DNA of 63,711 bases, filler included, from Lama guanicoe (GCA_013239625.1; 212 parts of 212 records of this genome joined end to end with filler, not necessarily neighbours in it), one strand, 5' to 3'; positions 37,023-49,965 are shown, numbered from the whole stretch's first letter. Translations and numbers: made by a program. The notes: generated by a model from the letters alone, not told the origin.

Positions 37023-37095
37023 TACGCATGCGCCAGTAGCGTGAGTCGGCATTATGAGCACTACGCATGCGCCACTAGCATTTTAAAAGGATAAG
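37023..37095 (+). promoter_or_regulatory. Two NRF1-like sites in an 18-bp direct repeat; promoter-like
   Basis: tacgcatgcgcca[g/c]tagc at 37023-37040 and 37062-37079; the NRF1 consensus is TGCGCATGCGCA. Confidence 0.5.
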
Positions 37096-37397
37096 TGCGT
37101 ACACCTGAGCGTGCTCACCACCCGCTTGTGCTGCAATGAGGTGGTTGGTGTTTTGCTCCGTGTTGGCTTCTCATGGCTTTTTCCAGTTGGGCAGCTCACC
37201 TCCTCGGATTCCCTCTCCAGCCTNNNNNNNNNNNNNNNNNNNNNNNNNNNNNNNNNNNNNNNNNNNNTTAATTAATTAANNNNNNNNNNNNNNNNNNNNN
37301 NNNNNNNNNNNNNNNNNNNNNNNAGAGTCAGGTGTTGGGCCAGGATGCTGGCAATAAAAACTGAGAGAACTGGACACATTCATGACATATTTAAGGG

Positions 37398-37524
37398 CAG
37401 AGTTTTCAACCTTAACCCTACTGACATTTTGGGCTCTGTGATTCTTTGTCGTAGGGCTTTCCTGGTCACTGTAGTATACTTAGCAGTATTCCTGGCCTCT
37501 TTGTCTGCTAGCAGTACTCCCTGC
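37398..37524. mobile_element. MER20 fragment
   Basis: cagagttttcaacctt..ctactgacattttgggc..attctttgtcgtaggg...ttagcagtattcctggcctct. Confidence 0.8.
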
Positions 37525-38527
37525 NNNNNNNNNNNNNNNNNNNNNNNNNNNNNNNNNNNNNNNNNNNNTTAATTAATTAANNNNNNNNNNNNNNNNNNNN
37601 NNNNNNNNNNNNNNNNNNNNNNNNTCAGGCCGTGTGCCACCGCCCAGTGAATTGATGACTTTCCTTGAGAAGCTCTGACTGTCTCCAGACACAAGTCAGC
37701 CTGAAAGGATAGAGGTGCTCACAGCGGAGTTAGATCTGTGCACTGTTTCACGTCCTCTATTTGCATCCAACCTCTCTTTTGGTGCACACGGCAGCCAGAG
37801 ACCGAGGCCCCTTGGCATCCTGCACNNNNNNNNNNNNNNNNNNNNNNNNNNNNNNNNNNNNNNNNNNNNTTAATTAATTAANNNNNNNNNNNNNNNNNNN
37901 NNNNNNNNNNNNNNNNNNNNNNNNNTGGGCTTGTGTTCCTTGGACAGTGCAGGAAGAACCCATCCGCATGCCCCGGCGCTCCTAGCCAGCAAGCCGGCTG
38001 CACTGACCGCCGTGCTAGCCTCCGGCGGACATTTAGGGGAGCCAAGCTCTCACTTCCTCCCGCTTTGCTGAGATCTCACGGGCAGCCCTCGTCTTAGCCA
38101 TGGAGGCAGCATCTCCAGGAGTGAATNNNNNNNNNNNNNNNNNNNNNNNNNNNNNNNNNNNNNNNNNNNNTTAATTAATTAANNNNNNNNNNNNNNNNNN
38201 NNNNNNNNNNNNNNNNNNNNNNNNNNGTCAGATCAAAATCTATAGTGTTAACCTTAACTCCACTTCTTTGCATACTGTTTCCTAATGCTGTTGAATCTAC
38301 CTTCAGAATATGCTCAAAGGAGTGAAGTGCATTGATGTTTGAAATTTACTTTGAAGATATTAAAAAAAGAAGAAAAACTGATGGATAGATACAAGGATGG
38401 ATATATAAATAGATGTGTAACAAAGCANNNNNNNNNNNNNNNNNNNNNNNNNNNNNNNNNNNNNNNNNNNNTTAATTAATTAANNNNNNNNNNNNNNNNN
38501 NNNNNNNNNNNNNNNNNNNNNNNNNNN

Positions 38528-38728
38528 ACAGCAAAGGAAGTCATCGACAAAATGAAAAGATAACCTTACTGAATGGAAGAAAATACCTGCAAATGATACA
38601 GCCGATAAGTGGTTAATATCCAAAACATATAAACAGCTCATATAATTCAGTATCAAAAACAAATAATCTGACTTCAAAATGGGCAGAAGAACTGAGTAGA
38701 CATTCTTCCAAAGAAGACATATAGATGG
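38528..38728 (+). mobile_element. L1 ORF2 C-terminal fragment
   Basis: ttaatatccaaaacatataaacagctcata...aaatgggcagaagaactgagtagacattcttccaaagaagacata. Confidence 0.95.
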
Positions 38729-39731
38729 NNNNNNNNNNNNNNNNNNNNNNNNNNNNNNNNNNNNNNNNNNNNTTAATTAATTAANNNNNNNNNNNNNNNN
38801 NNNNNNNNNNNNNNNNNNNNNNNNNNNNTATGTAAATAATTTTAGATTTCTATTGGACCTTTCACTATTCCACAGAATAGAATCCTCTGCTCTCCTGCCT
38901 GCAGGGTTAAATCCGGCTGCCAAATTTCTGTGAGCAGAATCCAAACAGGGGCAAAGCATTCAATTGTATACTTCACTAAGCTGCCTGTGTTTTTGCACAA
39001 TAATCCTGCCTACAATTGTACCTGGCATCNNNNNNNNNNNNNNNNNNNNNNNNNNNNNNNNNNNNNNNNNNNNTTAATTAATTAANNNNNNNNNNNNNNN
39101 NNNNNNNNNNNNNNNNNNNNNNNNNNNNNATTTGGTTTTAGTGTTTTGCAACTAAATTGTAGCATAAGCATATTTCAGACTGTTTGATACTCTTTGGAAC
39201 TGACCTTTATTTAAAAGAATAATGTAACAACACTGACATGACATATATAGTTCACCACCTCCTTTTAATAATTAGGGAGTCTTTACTTTTCCCTTTTTAG
39301 GAAAATCTTTACACCTGTAATTTATTGCTTNNNNNNNNNNNNNNNNNNNNNNNNNNNNNNNNNNNNNNNNNNNNTTAATTAATTAANNNNNNNNNNNNNN
39401 NNNNNNNNNNNNNNNNNNNNNNNNNNNNNNCATAATACAGCTCTGCATAGGAACCTCTGTTTTTCTCAGTAGTTATTTCAGGAACCATGGTCAGTTTGGC
39501 TTTGTATGTAATGAATCAAACTGTTGTTCGTTATCTATTTATGACTCACATACTTTCCCCCCCGGCAAGCTAGAAATATCTTTTACATTTCTATTTGTTC
39601 TTTCAAACTATTATTTAACATTTCATTTTTTNNNNNNNNNNNNNNNNNNNNNNNNNNNNNNNNNNNNNNNNNNNNTTAATTAATTAANNNNNNNNNNNNN
39701 NNNNNNNNNNNNNNNNNNNNNNNNNNNNNNN

Positions 39732-39932
39732 TAAGGTAAACACACACATATGTATTTACACATATAAAGAGATATTAAGCTATTACTTAATTGATAAATA
39801 TAAATAAGTGATATATAAATACATATATAATGTATATTACATTTATAGTATATATAATTAATGTCATTATTATTATTATATAGCACATATAATACATAAT
39901 TAACATGTATGCAAATGTTAATTACTTTCATT
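39732..39932. repeat. AT-rich low-complexity / degenerate (TA)n
   Basis: Base composition of the fragment. Confidence 0.8.
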
Positions 39933-40118
39933 NNNNNNNNNNNNNNNNNNNNNNNNNNNNNNNNNNNNNNNNNNNNTTAATTAATTAANNNNNNNNNNNN
40001 NNNNNNNNNNNNNNNNNNNNNNNNNNNNNNNNAACCCAAGAAAGCTGACTCCACGTCTCGTGCCTTTTCTTCACCTTCCATTGCCCGTCTACTGCTGAAG
40101 CCTGTTGATTCAAAGATG

Positions 40119-40233
40119 TTGTTGACTCTTGAACAATGCAGGGGGGCGCAGTGGAGAATCCTCCTATAGGTTATAGGCGTCCGTCCACCTGCACCCACAG
40201 TTCAATCTGTGGATTCTGTGCTACTGAAGTATT
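40119..40233. mobile_element. TcMar-Tigger-type non-autonomous element end
   Basis: gttgactcttgaacaatgcagggg...gcgcagtggagaatcc resembles the Tigger terminal cagttgacccttgaacaa. Confidence 0.55.
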
Positions 40234-42440
40234 NNNNNNNNNNNNNNNNNNNNNNNNNNNNNNNNNNNNNNNNNNNNTTAATTAATTAANNNNNNNNNNN
40301 NNNNNNNNNNNNNNNNNNNNNNNNNNNNNNNNNAAGTGAGCAGACCCAAGGTGAGTTTGGTAACACAGGTGCTTTCTAATGCCTTTTCCACCAGTTTTGT
40401 GAAATACTAAAAGTGCTATCACATCTGCTCTGATTCACGCAGCATGTGTGTTGTGGAAGAAAAAGCAAATCTCTGTCTCCAGCTATGACAGAATAGAGAC
40501 TGCTACACATACTGGACAACAAACCTATTGACCANNNNNNNNNNNNNNNNNNNNNNNNNNNNNNNNNNNNNNNNNNNNTTAATTAATTAANNNNNNNNNN
40601 NNNNNNNNNNNNNNNNNNNNNNNNNNNNNNNNNNGTTCAGGACATGGTCACTGGGCTGAATTCAAACCTCAGGGGAACAAAACGCAGTAACTAAGGTTGG
40701 TCTTGTAAGGCAAAGGATTATTTACTTCTGAGAAGACAGCGTTAATACATACCAAACTCAGAGGAGTGGTCGTGTCACATAGCTGCTCCCTTCTGCGATG
40801 GTTTCACAAAATCATCTCCAGTAAGTCTTTACTAANNNNNNNNNNNNNNNNNNNNNNNNNNNNNNNNNNNNNNNNNNNNTTAATTAATTAANNNNNNNNN
40901 NNNNNNNNNNNNNNNNNNNNNNNNNNNNNNNNNNNATCGGGGCTGTTCATTCTCACCCCCACAGAACACGGCCTCTGAGCTCTCCCAGACACATGGTGAA
41001 GGGGAAATGCCTGTCTTGCAGCAAATTACTTAAACAGCAACAACAGCAGCAGCAATAACAAAAACCTCTCCAGTATCTTGACTGCCGCCCTGCCATTGGG
41101 CTTCTCTGAATCCACTCAGACAAGAAGAGAACAAAGNNNNNNNNNNNNNNNNNNNNNNNNNNNNNNNNNNNNNNNNNNNNTTAATTAATTAANNNNNNNN
41201 NNNNNNNNNNNNNNNNNNNNNNNNNNNNNNNNNNNNACCAGGGCAGGGGGAGAAGGCCAGTGGCTTGAGGCAGGAGACCCAAGGGGATGGAGCAGATTCC
41301 ATCCCAGTGCAAGCCAGTGTCAGGGTCCACAGGACCGAGCCAAGGGGTGGGGAGGGGCAGAGCATTAGAACTTCTGGGTGGCCTTGTACTAAATCAAGCA
41401 GAAAGAGTAAGATGAAGAAGGAACCCAGAAAGCTGAGNNNNNNNNNNNNNNNNNNNNNNNNNNNNNNNNNNNNNNNNNNNNTTAATTAATTAANNNNNNN
41501 NNNNNNNNNNNNNNNNNNNNNNNNNNNNNNNNNNNNNTGTATTATCAGGTGAATTCCTGTTAGCCATATGAAGCAGATCCGTAAGTCCATGTCACAACCA
41601 ACACTTGATACTGTCAGATGTTTAATGTTTTTGAAAATCTAATGAGTATAAGACTATGACTGTATTATGGTTTTATTTTTCAATGCTTACTGCTACTGAA
41701 TTTGAACATATTTGCATGTTTATTAAACATTCATTTTTNNNNNNNNNNNNNNNNNNNNNNNNNNNNNNNNNNNNNNNNNNNNTTAATTAATTAANNNNNN
41801 NNNNNNNNNNNNNNNNNNNNNNNNNNNNNNNNNNNNNNCCAGTAAGAAGTACGTTTCACACCACGACCCGAGACACACACACACGTGGGTACACGGTGGG
41901 TACACGAGTGAAACAGTGCTTCCGCAGAGAAGCGCTTACCTGGCCTGTGCCCGCTGCGCCCCACTCCTCGCTGTGCCTTTTCTTTGGATGGGGGGGCTTT
42001 CTTATTTTCAAAAAACAGCTCCACTGAGATGCAGTTCGTNNNNNNNNNNNNNNNNNNNNNNNNNNNNNNNNNNNNNNNNNNNNTTAATTAATTAANNNNN
42101 NNNNNNNNNNNNNNNNNNNNNNNNNNNNNNNNNNNNNNNAAATAATTTTAAACTTACAGAAATGTGTCAGAAATAGCACAAATAATCCCAAGAGTTTCAT
42201 ACACCCCTTACCTGGCTTGCTTTTATGTTAATATCTTGCATGAACATAATTATGACGAGTAAGAAATTAGTACCACACAGTTAAAGACTTTATTCGGTCT
42301 TCTGCAATCTGTGAGTTTCTCAGTCTTTTCCTTGTCTTTTNNNNNNNNNNNNNNNNNNNNNNNNNNNNNNNNNNNNNNNNNNNNTTAATTAATTAANNNN
42401 NNNNNNNNNNNNNNNNNNNNNNNNNNNNNNNNNNNNNNNN

Positions 42441-42456
42441 CCAGGGGAGCGCTGTG
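42441..42456 (-). other. V(D)J recombination signal: heptamer CACAGCG (42456-42450) plus first 9 nt of spacer
   Basis: The minus strand reads TGT GCA GAG AGC G|CACAGCG|CTCCCCTGG. The nonamer would lie beyond the contig end. Confidence 0.85.
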
Positions 42457-42640
42457 CGCTCTCTGCACAGAGGTAGGCGGCTGAGTCGCTGGGCTGAGAG
42501 TCTCTGATGAGCAGGGAGACATAGCGGCTGGTTTTATTGACCTGCGCTGTAAATCTTCCTTCTTTTTTGTCATTATTGGGGTAAAAGGTCATCAACCACT
42601 CAGGACCTCTCCCCGAATACTGTCTGTACCACATGAAGTT
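42457..42640 (-). CDS. TRAV12: T-cell receptor alpha variable gene segment, 3' part of the V exon (partial, germline), TRAV12 subgroup-like
   Basis: [61 protein letters not shown] has the V-set motifs WYRQ and DSAxYLC. It closely matches recalled human TRAV12 (GRFTAQ...[18 protein letters not shown]) and is followed by an RSS heptamer. Confidence 0.92.
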
Positions 42641-45600
42641 CNNNNNNNNNNNNNNNNNNNNNNNNNNNNNNNNNNNNNNNNNNNNTTAATTAATTAANNN
42701 NNNNNNNNNNNNNNNNNNNNNNNNNNNNNNNNNNNNNNNNNTCCAAATTTTTAAGAGGAATATTTCACTTTTTCCTCCTTCTTTGAGTTTATGGAAATTG
42801 ATTGTACGCGGGAATTAAGGGTAGTCTGATGCAAACATCAGTTATATAGTTGTTCAGAAAAATGTTTGGAGCATGGCTGATTTATAATAAACATGTGTTG
42901 ACTATGTGATCAAACTCCCTGGCAGGACACAAGTCTTCCTCCNNNNNNNNNNNNNNNNNNNNNNNNNNNNNNNNNNNNNNNNNNNNTTAATTAATTAANN
43001 NNNNNNNNNNNNNNNNNNNNNNNNNNNNNNNNNNNNNNNNNNGAAAATTTTGGTTTAGGTCACATGGCACCAATTGAGTGTATGGCATCTACGTCACTAA
43101 CATCCAAGCGTTGCTCAAAAGGATCTCACCTGCCACATAAAAGTAAACTCCATCGACACTTTACAACATCGTATCCCTTCACTGATCAGTGCTTTCCCTG
43201 AAACCTCATATGAATACTGTTATCTTTACTTTTGGTTATAAATNNNNNNNNNNNNNNNNNNNNNNNNNNNNNNNNNNNNNNNNNNNNTTAATTAATTAAN
43301 NNNNNNNNNNNNNNNNNNNNNNNNNNNNNNNNNNNNNNNNNNNAAAGCATGATGCACAGCACAGCATGTACATAAGCTGACTCATTTCAATTGTCAGAGC
43401 TGTAGTGACAACACAAGGACCTACGCCTTTACCAGTAAATAAAGGGGAATCTACCTACAACACTAGAATATCAGCACAATGTACAGAAGAATAGGAGGGC
43501 AAAATAAATATAATTTTCAAAAGACTGGGATGTGCTGCAGTGTTNNNNNNNNNNNNNNNNNNNNNNNNNNNNNNNNNNNNNNNNNNNNTTAATTAATTAA
43601 NNNNNNNNNNNNNNNNNNNNNNNNNNNNNNNNNNNNNNNNNNNNGACCGGGAAGATCAGACGGGCTAATGCAGAGGAGCTGCAGTGCTCAGTATGTGCAG
43701 AACGCAATGAGTGCCAGGCCCCTTCCTGCTCTCTCTTCCCCTGTGAACGCTAGGAGCCCTTTGGAGTTCCAGGTCAGTTCACTCTTTGTCCTTGCCGACC
43801 CACGAAACGAAGGACTCAGTGAGTTCATTTCTTTGCCCGAAGCTTNNNNNNNNNNNNNNNNNNNNNNNNNNNNNNNNNNNNNNNNNNNNTTAATTAATTA
43901 ANNNNNNNNNNNNNNNNNNNNNNNNNNNNNNNNNNNNNNNNNNNNATGTCGACATGAATACAGGTGGACAGGTGCACAGACACAGTCACAAACACGTGGG
44001 CATGCACACAGGCACACCTGAGATGGAAGCGTGACAACATGTAGACACACACATATCAGGCCAGGGTCAGTCTGGACCCCACTCTCTCTGCAGATTGTAG
44101 AGAATATTCTGAACTCAGGGAGCCTTGTTCTCCTGAGTCAGAAAGTNNNNNNNNNNNNNNNNNNNNNNNNNNNNNNNNNNNNNNNNNNNNTTAATTAATT
44201 AANNNNNNNNNNNNNNNNNNNNNNNNNNNNNNNNNNNNNNNNNNNNCTGCCTGGCGCTCAGCCATGCAGCACCGTGTCCTTCCTGCTCTGGAGGACAGCG
44301 TCGAATCACAGCGTTGACTTGACTGAAGTTTATCAAAATCCTCAGCTGTTCTCACCAGCTACTGCTAATCCAGCCAGCCCCAGACTGTCCTGCTGTCACT
44401 GGCTTCCCAGGTCCATGTATAGAACCTTAGCCTGGTCTTCGTTTGGTNNNNNNNNNNNNNNNNNNNNNNNNNNNNNNNNNNNNNNNNNNNNTTAATTAAT
44501 TAANNNNNNNNNNNNNNNNNNNNNNNNNNNNNNNNNNNNNNNNNNNNAGCGCTGTTTTATAGGGGAAAGAAGAAAGCTAGAAGAGGTTGCTTTGAGCAAA
44601 AATTCGTTGGAGGAAAGAGTTCGAAGTGGCGGTTCTTATCGGCTGCAGACAAGGGAAGTGTGCTGCTGCTGGGCGCCTGCAGCTTCAGTTGCCAGTAAGA
44701 GGGAATCGTCCTTCCTCCTGCTGAACGACACAAGCTGCGATGAGTGACNNNNNNNNNNNNNNNNNNNNNNNNNNNNNNNNNNNNNNNNNNNNTTAATTAA
44801 TTAANNNNNNNNNNNNNNNNNNNNNNNNNNNNNNNNNNNNNNNNNNNNAAAGCAAAAACTTAACGACTGCCTTGATCCATGTATTATCCTAGTCATCATT
44901 TTATTTTCTAGATTTTGGAATTTTTGCTTTGTTAGCCCATCAACCACTGGAGTTTGATACCTGTTAAAATCCTTACTTTGAGGAACTTGTTTGATCCTCA
45001 TTATATTTGGTGACAAATGTGCCCTTATTAAATTTGTTTGAGTGTTTTGNNNNNNNNNNNNNNNNNNNNNNNNNNNNNNNNNNNNNNNNNNNNTTAATTA
45101 ATTAANNNNNNNNNNNNNNNNNNNNNNNNNNNNNNNNNNNNNNNNNNNNACAGAAGTTTCTTTACAGTTGCAAACTTCACTACATACATATATATGGGAG
45201 GTCCAACTTCCTACTCGATTTAACACTGAAAACTGCAGGAACTTAAACCTGAACTAGGAAAAATTCTGAGAAACCAGAGTAAGTGTTTATCCTGGAATCC
45301 ATTCCCTTTGTGCTGGATGAATGAACGTCTGTCCACATGCTCAAATCTGANNNNNNNNNNNNNNNNNNNNNNNNNNNNNNNNNNNNNNNNNNNNTTAATT
45401 AATTAANNNNNNNNNNNNNNNNNNNNNNNNNNNNNNNNNNNNNNNNNNNNCTGTCTTATGCAAGGCAGGGGAAGCGTTCCCCAGTGAGACCTGTTGTTTG
45501 TCGCATAGTATGATTAGGCAAAAGAGATGTAACCACCTTACAGAAAGCCAGTTCAAATATATCAGTTTTTATAAACATTCGTCTCAATTCTATCAACTCT

Positions 45601-46124
45601 TAACCTTTAACTTTATTCTCCATTAGGACCCCATCAGCCAGTCTTGGTCTCNNNNNNNNNNNNNNNNNNNNNNNNNNNNNNNNNNNNNNNNNNNNTTAAT
45701 TAATTAANNNNNNNNNNNNNNNNNNNNNNNNNNNNNNNNNNNNNNNNNNNNCATGAAGCCCACCAAAGAGAATAGAACACAGACAAATACAGAAAATTTT
45801 TTGAAAATATGTGTGTTTTTTTTCCTCAAATGGGATTATATTACACATCCTGTTCTTAACATACTTTTTTTCCAGTTAATGATATGACTATATTTTTTTT
45901 TCTGTCATCGAAGATTCTATCTTATTTTAATGCTGCGGAGTATTTCGTTACANNNNNNNNNNNNNNNNNNNNNNNNNNNNNNNNNNNNNNNNNNNNTTAA
46001 TTAATTAANNNNNNNNNNNNNNNNNNNNNNNNNNNNNNNNNNNNNNNNNNNNCCCCCAAAAATAAGTGTACAAACTTAAAAGTCTCATAAAATATAGCAA
46101 GGATATTACTGCTGTGATGTTTTC

Positions 46125-46185
46125 CTGCTGTGCACCGGAAAGTCACATGACATTGTAAATCAACTATACTTCAGTTTTTAAAAAG
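46125..46185 (+). mobile_element. Short L1 3' terminus
   Basis: gctgtgcaccggaaa..catgacattgtaaatcaactatacttcagtttttaaaaa. Confidence 0.7.
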
Positions 46186-46353
46186 TTAACTATGTCTCAT
46201 AGTTTTACAAGATTTTGCACTTTATCCCTTTAGAAAGAAAGTTACTAAATAAANNNNNNNNNNNNNNNNNNNNNNNNNNNNNNNNNNNNNNNNNNNNTTA
46301 ATTAATTAANNNNNNNNNNNNNNNNNNNNNNNNNNNNNNNNNNNNNNNNNNNN

Positions 46354-46554
46354 AAAGTCTAATTTGTCTGGTATGAGTACTGATACCCCAGCTTTTCATT
46401 TCTATTTGCATTTAATATCTTTTTCAATTCCTTTACTTTTAATGTATTTGTCTTTAGGTCTTAAGTGAGCCTCCTGTAGGCAGCATATAGATGGGTTTTG
46501 TTTCTTTCTTCTTTTTTTATTAAGTTATAGTCAGTTTACAATGTTGCATCAATT
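46354..46554 (-). mobile_element. L1 ORF2 endonuclease N-terminal fragment, followed by a younger L1 3' tail from about 46500
   Basis: aaagtctaatttgtctggtatgagta...ctcctgtaggcagcatatagatggg is the antisense of PSICCLQE; then tttttttattaagttatagtcagtttacaatgttg. Confidence 0.8.
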
Positions 46555-46805
46555 NNNNNNNNNNNNNNNNNNNNNNNNNNNNNNNNNNNNNNNNNNNNTT
46601 AATTAATTAANNNNNNNNNNNNNNNNNNNNNNNNNNNNNNNNNNNNNNNNNNNNATCTCTCAGGCTTGAGTCTAAGAACTCAACAGAAAAGTGCATTTCG
46701 CTTCTTGGCTTAAAAGTGACTCTTGTAATTTTTACAGACAGAAGAGAATCTTCTGTTCAAGAACTGTATTTGATCTCTGACACTGGCAAAAGGAGACTCA
46801 GTAAC

Positions 46806-46855
46806 GGAGAAGCAAGATGGCGGAGTAGGATGCTTGTAGCTCACCCTCTCCCACA
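46806..46855 (+). mobile_element. Probable 5' end of a full-length L1 with YY1 motif
   Basis: ggagaagCAAGATGGCGgagtaggatgcttgtagctcaccctctccc resembles mammalian L1 5' termini. Confidence 0.65.
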
Positions 46856-47256
46856 NNNNNNNNNNNNNNNNNNNNNNNNNNNNNNNNNNNNNNNNNNNNT
46901 TAATTAATTAANNNNNNNNNNNNNNNNNNNNNNNNNNNNNNNNNNNNNNNNNNNNCAACACCAAATAGCATTCATGTACCGGGTGGGGACAGGAAAATGT
47001 CGAGAAGACCGTGTCACACTGCTGAAACACAGCAACACAAGAAGAGATTTCTTTAGGGACAGTGGGAGAAGAATGGAGCAAAGATGATCGGACACTCAGA
47101 TCTAGATGGTCTGAGTTTCAAAATGGAAACAATACATGTTAATCGGAAGTTACTGCNNNNNNNNNNNNNNNNNNNNNNNNNNNNNNNNNNNNNNNNNNNN
47201 TTAATTAATTAANNNNNNNNNNNNNNNNNNNNNNNNNNNNNNNNNNNNNNNNNNNN

Positions 47257-47457
47257 TTTGAGGAGGACTGGTATGGATTTTTCCTTGTATGTTTGGTCAA
47301 ATTCCTCAGTGATGCTATTTGTGTCTGAATTTTTGCTTGCAGAGATTTTTTGTTTTATTGATAATTCTATTCCATTTCTGGTGATATTTCTGTTCAAATG
47401 TCCAATCTTTCTTGATGCAATAATGTTGGGCTAATGTTTCCAGAAACTTCTCAATGT
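47257..47457 (-). mobile_element. L1 ORF2 fragment upstream of RT
   Basis: MNRNIT..IE..I...EFDQTYKEKSIPVLLK resembles EFYQTFKEELIPILLK. Confidence 0.85.
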
Positions 47458-49363
47458 NNNNNNNNNNNNNNNNNNNNNNNNNNNNNNNNNNNNNNNNNNN
47501 NTTAATTAATTAANNNNNNNNNNNNNNNNNNNNNNNNNNNNNNNNNNNNNNNNNNNNGAAATGGGATACACTGGGGTAGACTTTAGGGATTCAGTTACAA
47601 ATTTTCGATAGGAACTTATCAGACTTCCTTTTCAAAGCTAAATGGAAAAGTTTACCTTGAAAGTACACTCGGATATAATTGGATTCTCTTGAAATATTAT
47701 TTAATAACCTCAGAGAGCTTGGCTTATAAAATGTGCTCTTTATTGTGATACCTGTGTANNNNNNNNNNNNNNNNNNNNNNNNNNNNNNNNNNNNNNNNNN
47801 NNTTAATTAATTAANNNNNNNNNNNNNNNNNNNNNNNNNNNNNNNNNNNNNNNNNNNNAATACGATCACCTTTAGAACCAGGGGAGGGGAGTCACGCTGA
47901 GAAAGCCCGACACGGCTCAGCCGGGCTCCAGGCTGGAGCCGGGCACACCGAGCGTGAGAGCACAGCCTGTCCCCCTGGAGCCCCCACAGCTCCGGAGGGC
48001 CCGCCTGCCGAAAGAGCGCTTCTCCGCCCGCCTGTCTCGGGGCCGCTCTGGCGGCTTCCNNNNNNNNNNNNNNNNNNNNNNNNNNNNNNNNNNNNNNNNN
48101 NNNTTAATTAATTAANNNNNNNNNNNNNNNNNNNNNNNNNNNNNNNNNNNNNNNNNNNNGCTTTCCACCCTGCAGGCTGATGTTGAATTAAAATTACAAG
48201 GAGAAAATCCAAGGGCACCCTGCCTCTCTACGCTGCAGAGTAAGTCCTCATCCCAGGAAAAGCACCTGCCTACACAAGCCACTTTAACTGCTGCCGCCCG
48301 TAAGCATCCTTAGAGGCTGTTTTAAGCCCTCAGAGTGAGGAGGCCTTCAAAGGAGCACTGNNNNNNNNNNNNNNNNNNNNNNNNNNNNNNNNNNNNNNNN
48401 NNNNTTAATTAATTAANNNNNNNNNNNNNNNNNNNNNNNNNNNNNNNNNNNNNNNNNNNNTCTAATAAACACTAAAACTCTAGGCATTTACAAATTCATT
48501 TGTATGCAACCCCTTGTCCAGAAAGTTTGACCCTTTGGCCCCAAAGTTGAGAGTGAACCCTTCGTTTTCCTGTAGCACCAGGGACTTAGAGAGCACATGT
48601 CATGCTGTATCTTGACTTTCTGTGCACTCATGGGGGACTATGACTCATTCGTCCCTGTCCTNNNNNNNNNNNNNNNNNNNNNNNNNNNNNNNNNNNNNNN
48701 NNNNNTTAATTAATTAANNNNNNNNNNNNNNNNNNNNNNNNNNNNNNNNNNNNNNNNNNNNGGGGGCTAAGGTCCTCCTTTAATTCAATTCAAGGCAATT
48801 CAACACTAAGTGAGCCTCTTTTAGGACTCGGAGCCCCAGACTGACCCTCGGGGGAAAGCAAAAGTGCGCAAACTCATTTACTACTCCAAAGACCTTGAAA
48901 GCTAATGAACAGATGGATATATATACATAAGACAGAATGTGACAATCCCTAGAATAAAATTTNNNNNNNNNNNNNNNNNNNNNNNNNNNNNNNNNNNNNN
49001 NNNNNNTTAATTAATTAANNNNNNNNNNNNNNNNNNNNNNNNNNNNNNNNNNNNNNNNNNNNGCATCCTGCTGGGATTTGATCCTTCAGGCAGGGTGAGG
49101 ATCGAGTGACTATTCACTGGGCCGGGTTGAATCTGAGCGATGAGAGGAAGAGGCACGAAGCATATATTAAGAACCAAATTAGACAACTTTTTGTGGTTCC
49201 GAATGTTCAGACACTTTTTTTTTTTTAAAAAAAACTTCTGTTTTCTCTCCTCAACTGGGAAGTNNNNNNNNNNNNNNNNNNNNNNNNNNNNNNNNNNNNN
49301 NNNNNNNTTAATTAATTAANNNNNNNNNNNNNNNNNNNNNNNNNNNNNNNNNNNNNNNNNNNN

Positions 49364-49865
49364 GGACTAACAGGGAAGATTGGAGTGTCTTCTGGCTGTG
49401 GCTCACTGTGGATCTTGACCATTTCTTAACTTCTCTGAGCCATTTTTCTTGAGCTACTTCCTTTGCAAAAGGAGACTGGCCAGTGGTCATTCTCATTCTG
49501 CAGAAGCCTGAAACGTTCATAGAGGCTTTCACATTCAAGAGGACACTGAGCTTGGGCTTCATATNNNNNNNNNNNNNNNNNNNNNNNNNNNNNNNNNNNN
49601 NNNNNNNNTTAATTAATTAANNNNNNNNNNNNNNNNNNNNNNNNNNNNNNNNNNNNNNNNNNNNGGACTAACAGGGAAGATTGGAGTGTCTTCTGGCTGT
49701 GGCTCACTGTGGACCTTGACCATTTCTTAACTTCTTTGAGCCATTTTTCTTGAGCTACTTCCTTTGCAAAAGGAGACTGGCCAATGGTCATTCTCATTCT
49801 GCAGAAGCCTGAAACATTCATAGAGGCTTTCACATTCAAGAGGACACTGAGCTTGGGCTTCATAT
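49364..49865 (+). repeat. Near-identical fragment pair 49364-49564 / 49665-49865
   Basis: 4 transitions (49413, 49435, 49483, 49515); 49 identical nt at each end. Confidence 0.97.
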
Positions 49866-49965
49866 NNNNNNNNNNNNNNNNNNNNNNNNNNNNNNNNNNN
49901 NNNNNNNNNTTAATTAATTAANNNNNNNNNNNNNNNNNNNNNNNNNNNNNNNNNNNNNNNNNNNN

